This document shows, piece after piece, positions 61,912 to 64,000 of a stretch of 64,000 nucleotides of DNA (position 1 is the first letter of the stretch; the number at the start of each line of letters is the position of its first letter). The notes below the pieces were generated by a model. That model was not told the origin of the DNA. It made no database searches and worked only from the letters and a program-made list of their open reading frames with translations. The position numbers were made by a program, and so were the translations under genes. Source of the stretch: Vicinamibacterales bacterium (lineage in GTDB: Bacteria > Acidobacteriota > Vicinamibacteria > Vicinamibacterales > UBA2999); contig DATJEU010000006.1 in assembly GCA_035496255.1 (NCBI GenBank), positions 10,254 through 74,253 on the forward strand, given 5' to 3'.

Positions 61912-64000
61912 TCACCGGGACGGTAGCCGCAGGTTGACGATTTGTGGTTGACCCTCGCTGAGCGTGACGAGGCGTGCCGACAGACGCAGCGAGTCGAGGA
62001 AGGCCGGATCCTGCCAGGAGTCGTCTCCGGGCGTGTTCGGGCCAATCGCCGTCAGATAGCTGCCGGTCGGCAGTCCCTGCAGCGAATACGATCCGTCGGC
62101 GTTGCTCACGGTGCTGCTCACGAAGCGTGAGCCCGGGTACCACGCGTTCGGGTCGGTGGAGAACACGATGACGCGCGCGTCGGGAACGGCGCGGGCGTTG
62201 GCATCACTGACCCTTCCGCTCACTTCGTTGACGCGATCGGTGAGTACGACTTCCACATCGTTCCACGCCTGATTCGCACGATCGAACTGCAGCACTTCAT
62301 CGGTGACGTTCCGTCCGCCGACCAGGATCGCGCGCAGGCTCCAGCCTGTCGGCACTCTCGTCACCTGCAGCCGGCGCGCACCGGTGATCCCCTGCAGCTC
62401 GAAGTGACCGTCCTTGTCGGGGCTGGTGACAGCAACGGACGAAGGCACCGTGTCGAAGTCCACCGGCAGCGGAGAGATCTCGACCTTCGCCGGATCGGGA
62501 GGCGTTGTATTCAGCGTGCTTTCGAAGGTGACGTGTCCCATGACGTGCAATCCAGCCGACATGTGCAGGTCGAGGCCGGTCACGTCTGACCGTCCGACGG
62601 TGACCGGATAGGCGAGAAACTCGCCCTCGATGTTGCCACCGAGGCGACCGCGATCCGCCTGGATGACGTACTGGCCGGGCGGGACATTGCTGAATTCGAA
62701 TCGGCCGTCGGGTTCGATGCGCGCGTCGATACGCGCCGACACGAGCGATCGAGGGATGAGGTTGAACCGGCCGGTCCACGGCTTTCCGGTGGAGTCGACG
62801 ATGTGGCCGCGGATACTCGCCGTGGCAGCGGGAACCAGCGCGAATTCGAGGCCGGCAACCTGTTCACCGGCTCTGACGTTCACATACTGCGCTTCCGCCG
62901 CCGTTCCACTGCCGGGGTAGTACGTCGGGCCATAACCAGGCAGGTCCACGGCCGTTGTCTCTCCGATCGACGTCGTGAGTATGTAGCGTCCCGGGTTCAC
63001 GGCATAGACCCGGAATTCCCCGTGATCATCCGTTGTCTGCGTCTGGGGTTTAGCGTGTATCAGCCGCTGCCGGCCACTCACGAAGCGCGTGACAAGCAGG
63101 CTGACCGTTGCTCCCGGCACCGGTTCGCCGACTTCATCGACGACGCGGCCCGAGACCGATCCCCAGGCGGCGAGGATCACTCTGATGCCGGTTTGTCGCT
63201 CGTCGTCACCGACGGTGACGCCGGTACCCAGCGTGCTGGGATTCGAGAGACCGACGGACATGAAACCGTCGGCGGCCATCGAGTAGCCAGGCAATGCGGC
63301 CAGCACGCGATAGGTTCCTCCCGGTATGCCGGTGAACGCGAACGAGCCGCCCGCATCCGCCTCTCCGCGCTTCATCCTGCTGCCCTTCCCAAGTGCGAGC
63401 AGCTCCACCTGCGCGCTCGGCAATGGCCGGCCGTTGGCGTCGAGAATCGATCCGTTGATCTCCGCGGTTCCGACTGGCAGATTGACGTCGGGCCCGACGA
63501 TGTTCGGCAGTTCCTGTCCGGGGTCCGTGTGTGACACAGGCAGATGAAAGTCGATGTCGCGCCGTTCGTCACCCGCCACGAGCGCAATCGCCGTGGCGTC
63601 CTGCTTGTTGAGTGTGTCGGGAAAGTATGTGTTGAACGTCTGAATGGTGTAACCGGTACCACCATTCGGCAGCTGTATCGTGATCCTGTCTCGCCCAACC
63701 GACCGCGCCGCGACCGTATAACGCCCCGGTGGAAGGCCACCAATTCGATATTCGCCGCGGTCGTCGGTGTTGGCTCGAGGCGACTGTGGCGCCGGTGCCT
63801 CGCCGTTGGTCATTACGACGACGTTCGCGCCCGGCACGGGCTCGCCAGTATCGGTCGTGACGCGCCCGCCAATCGCGACGGCTCGCACCAGGCGGATGGT
63901 GCCCACCTGCGCGGCGGGAAGCTCCATGCGCACGTAGCCCGCCTTCGTGACGACCAGCGTCGCTCCAGGCGCCGCAACCAGGGTGAACGCGCCTTCGAGG
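61912..64000 (-). CDS. Large secreted CarboxypepD_reg-like protein, paralogue (N-terminus outside window)
   Basis: Collinear with the downstream paralogue over most of its length. The reading frame stays open upstream of the track's first Met to the window edge (…LVVTKAGYVRMEL…). Confidence 0.75.
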   Translation of the reverse strand, partial: LEGAFTLVAAPGATLVVTKAGYVRMELPAAQVGTIRLVRAVAIGGRVTTDTGEPVPGANVVVMTNGEAPAPQSPRANTDDRGEYRIGGLPPGRYTVAARSVGRDRITIQLPNGGTGYTIQTFNTYFPDTLNKQDATAIALVAGDERRDIDFHLPVSHTDPGQELPNIVGPDVNLPVGTAEINGSILDANGRPLPSAQVELLALGKGSRMKRGEADAGGSFAFTGIPGGTYRVLAALPGYSMAADGFMSVGLSNPSTLGTGVTVGDDERQTGIRVILAAWGSVSGRVVDEVGEPVPGATVSLLVTRFVSGRQRLIHAKPQTQTTDDHGEFRVYAVNPGRYILTTSIGETTAVDLPGYGPTYYPGSGTAAEAQYVNVRAGEQVAGLEFALVPAATASIRGHIVDSTGKPWTGRFNLIPRSLVSARIDARIEPDGRFEFSNVPPGQYVIQADRGRLGGNIEGEFLAYPVTVGRSDVTGLDLHMSAGLHVMGHVTFESTLNTTPPDPAKVEISPLPVDFDTVPSSVAVTSPDKDGHFELQGITGARRLQVTRVPTGWSLRAILVGGRNVTDEVLQFDRANQAWNDVEVVLTDRVNEVSGRVSDANARAVPDARVIVFSTDPNAWYPGSRFVSSTVSNADGSYSLQGLPTGSYLTAIGPNTPGDDSWQDPAFLDSLRLSARLVTLSEGQPQIVNLRLPSR

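Overview
High-GC bacterial chromosomal segment (about two-thirds G+C by eye), gene-dense on both strands. There are no rRNA genes, CRISPR arrays, transposases or integrases. Two ADOP-type (MacB/FtsX-like) orphan permeases and tandem giant CarboxypepD_reg-like secreted proteins suggest Acidobacteriota; this is inference, not proof. Most of the window is housekeeping. The minus-strand chain ileS-lspA-lgt-rluD-nudix follows a partial lon gene. A second minus-strand chain runs aspA, methyltransferase, bioY, thiD, moaE, moaD, prfA, prmC, HIT. Also present are class I fumarase, erpA, addAB, apbC, pyruvate kinase, ada, two pairs of M16 peptidases, two cold-shock genes and one tRNA-Ala(GGC). Many genes are linked by ATGA/GTGA stop-start overlaps. 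The parts most worth a second look are: (1) an operon of two paralogous 2-TM proteins with a C-terminal CxxC...CxxC module, led by a small soluble ORF (34170-35432); (2) a single ORF fusing a Fur-family regulator to a rubrerythrin-like di-iron domain just after erpA, followed by a phased heptamer palindrome array that bridges its stop codon and the next start codon, then a PHP phosphoesterase and an ABC ATPase-like protein with all catalytic motifs degenerate (22254-25141); (3) a cluster of tiny Cys-rich/zinc-ribbon genes between addA and apbC, one of them below the ORF-track cutoff; (4) several families of intergenic hairpins built from tandem 7-9 nt units; (5) -10-like hexamers placed 6-8 nt upstream of start codons with no Shine-Dalgarno sequence, suggesting leaderless mRNAs; (6) a thiD gene that lacks a canonical start codon. 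All functional calls rest on motif recognition by eye. No database search was run.
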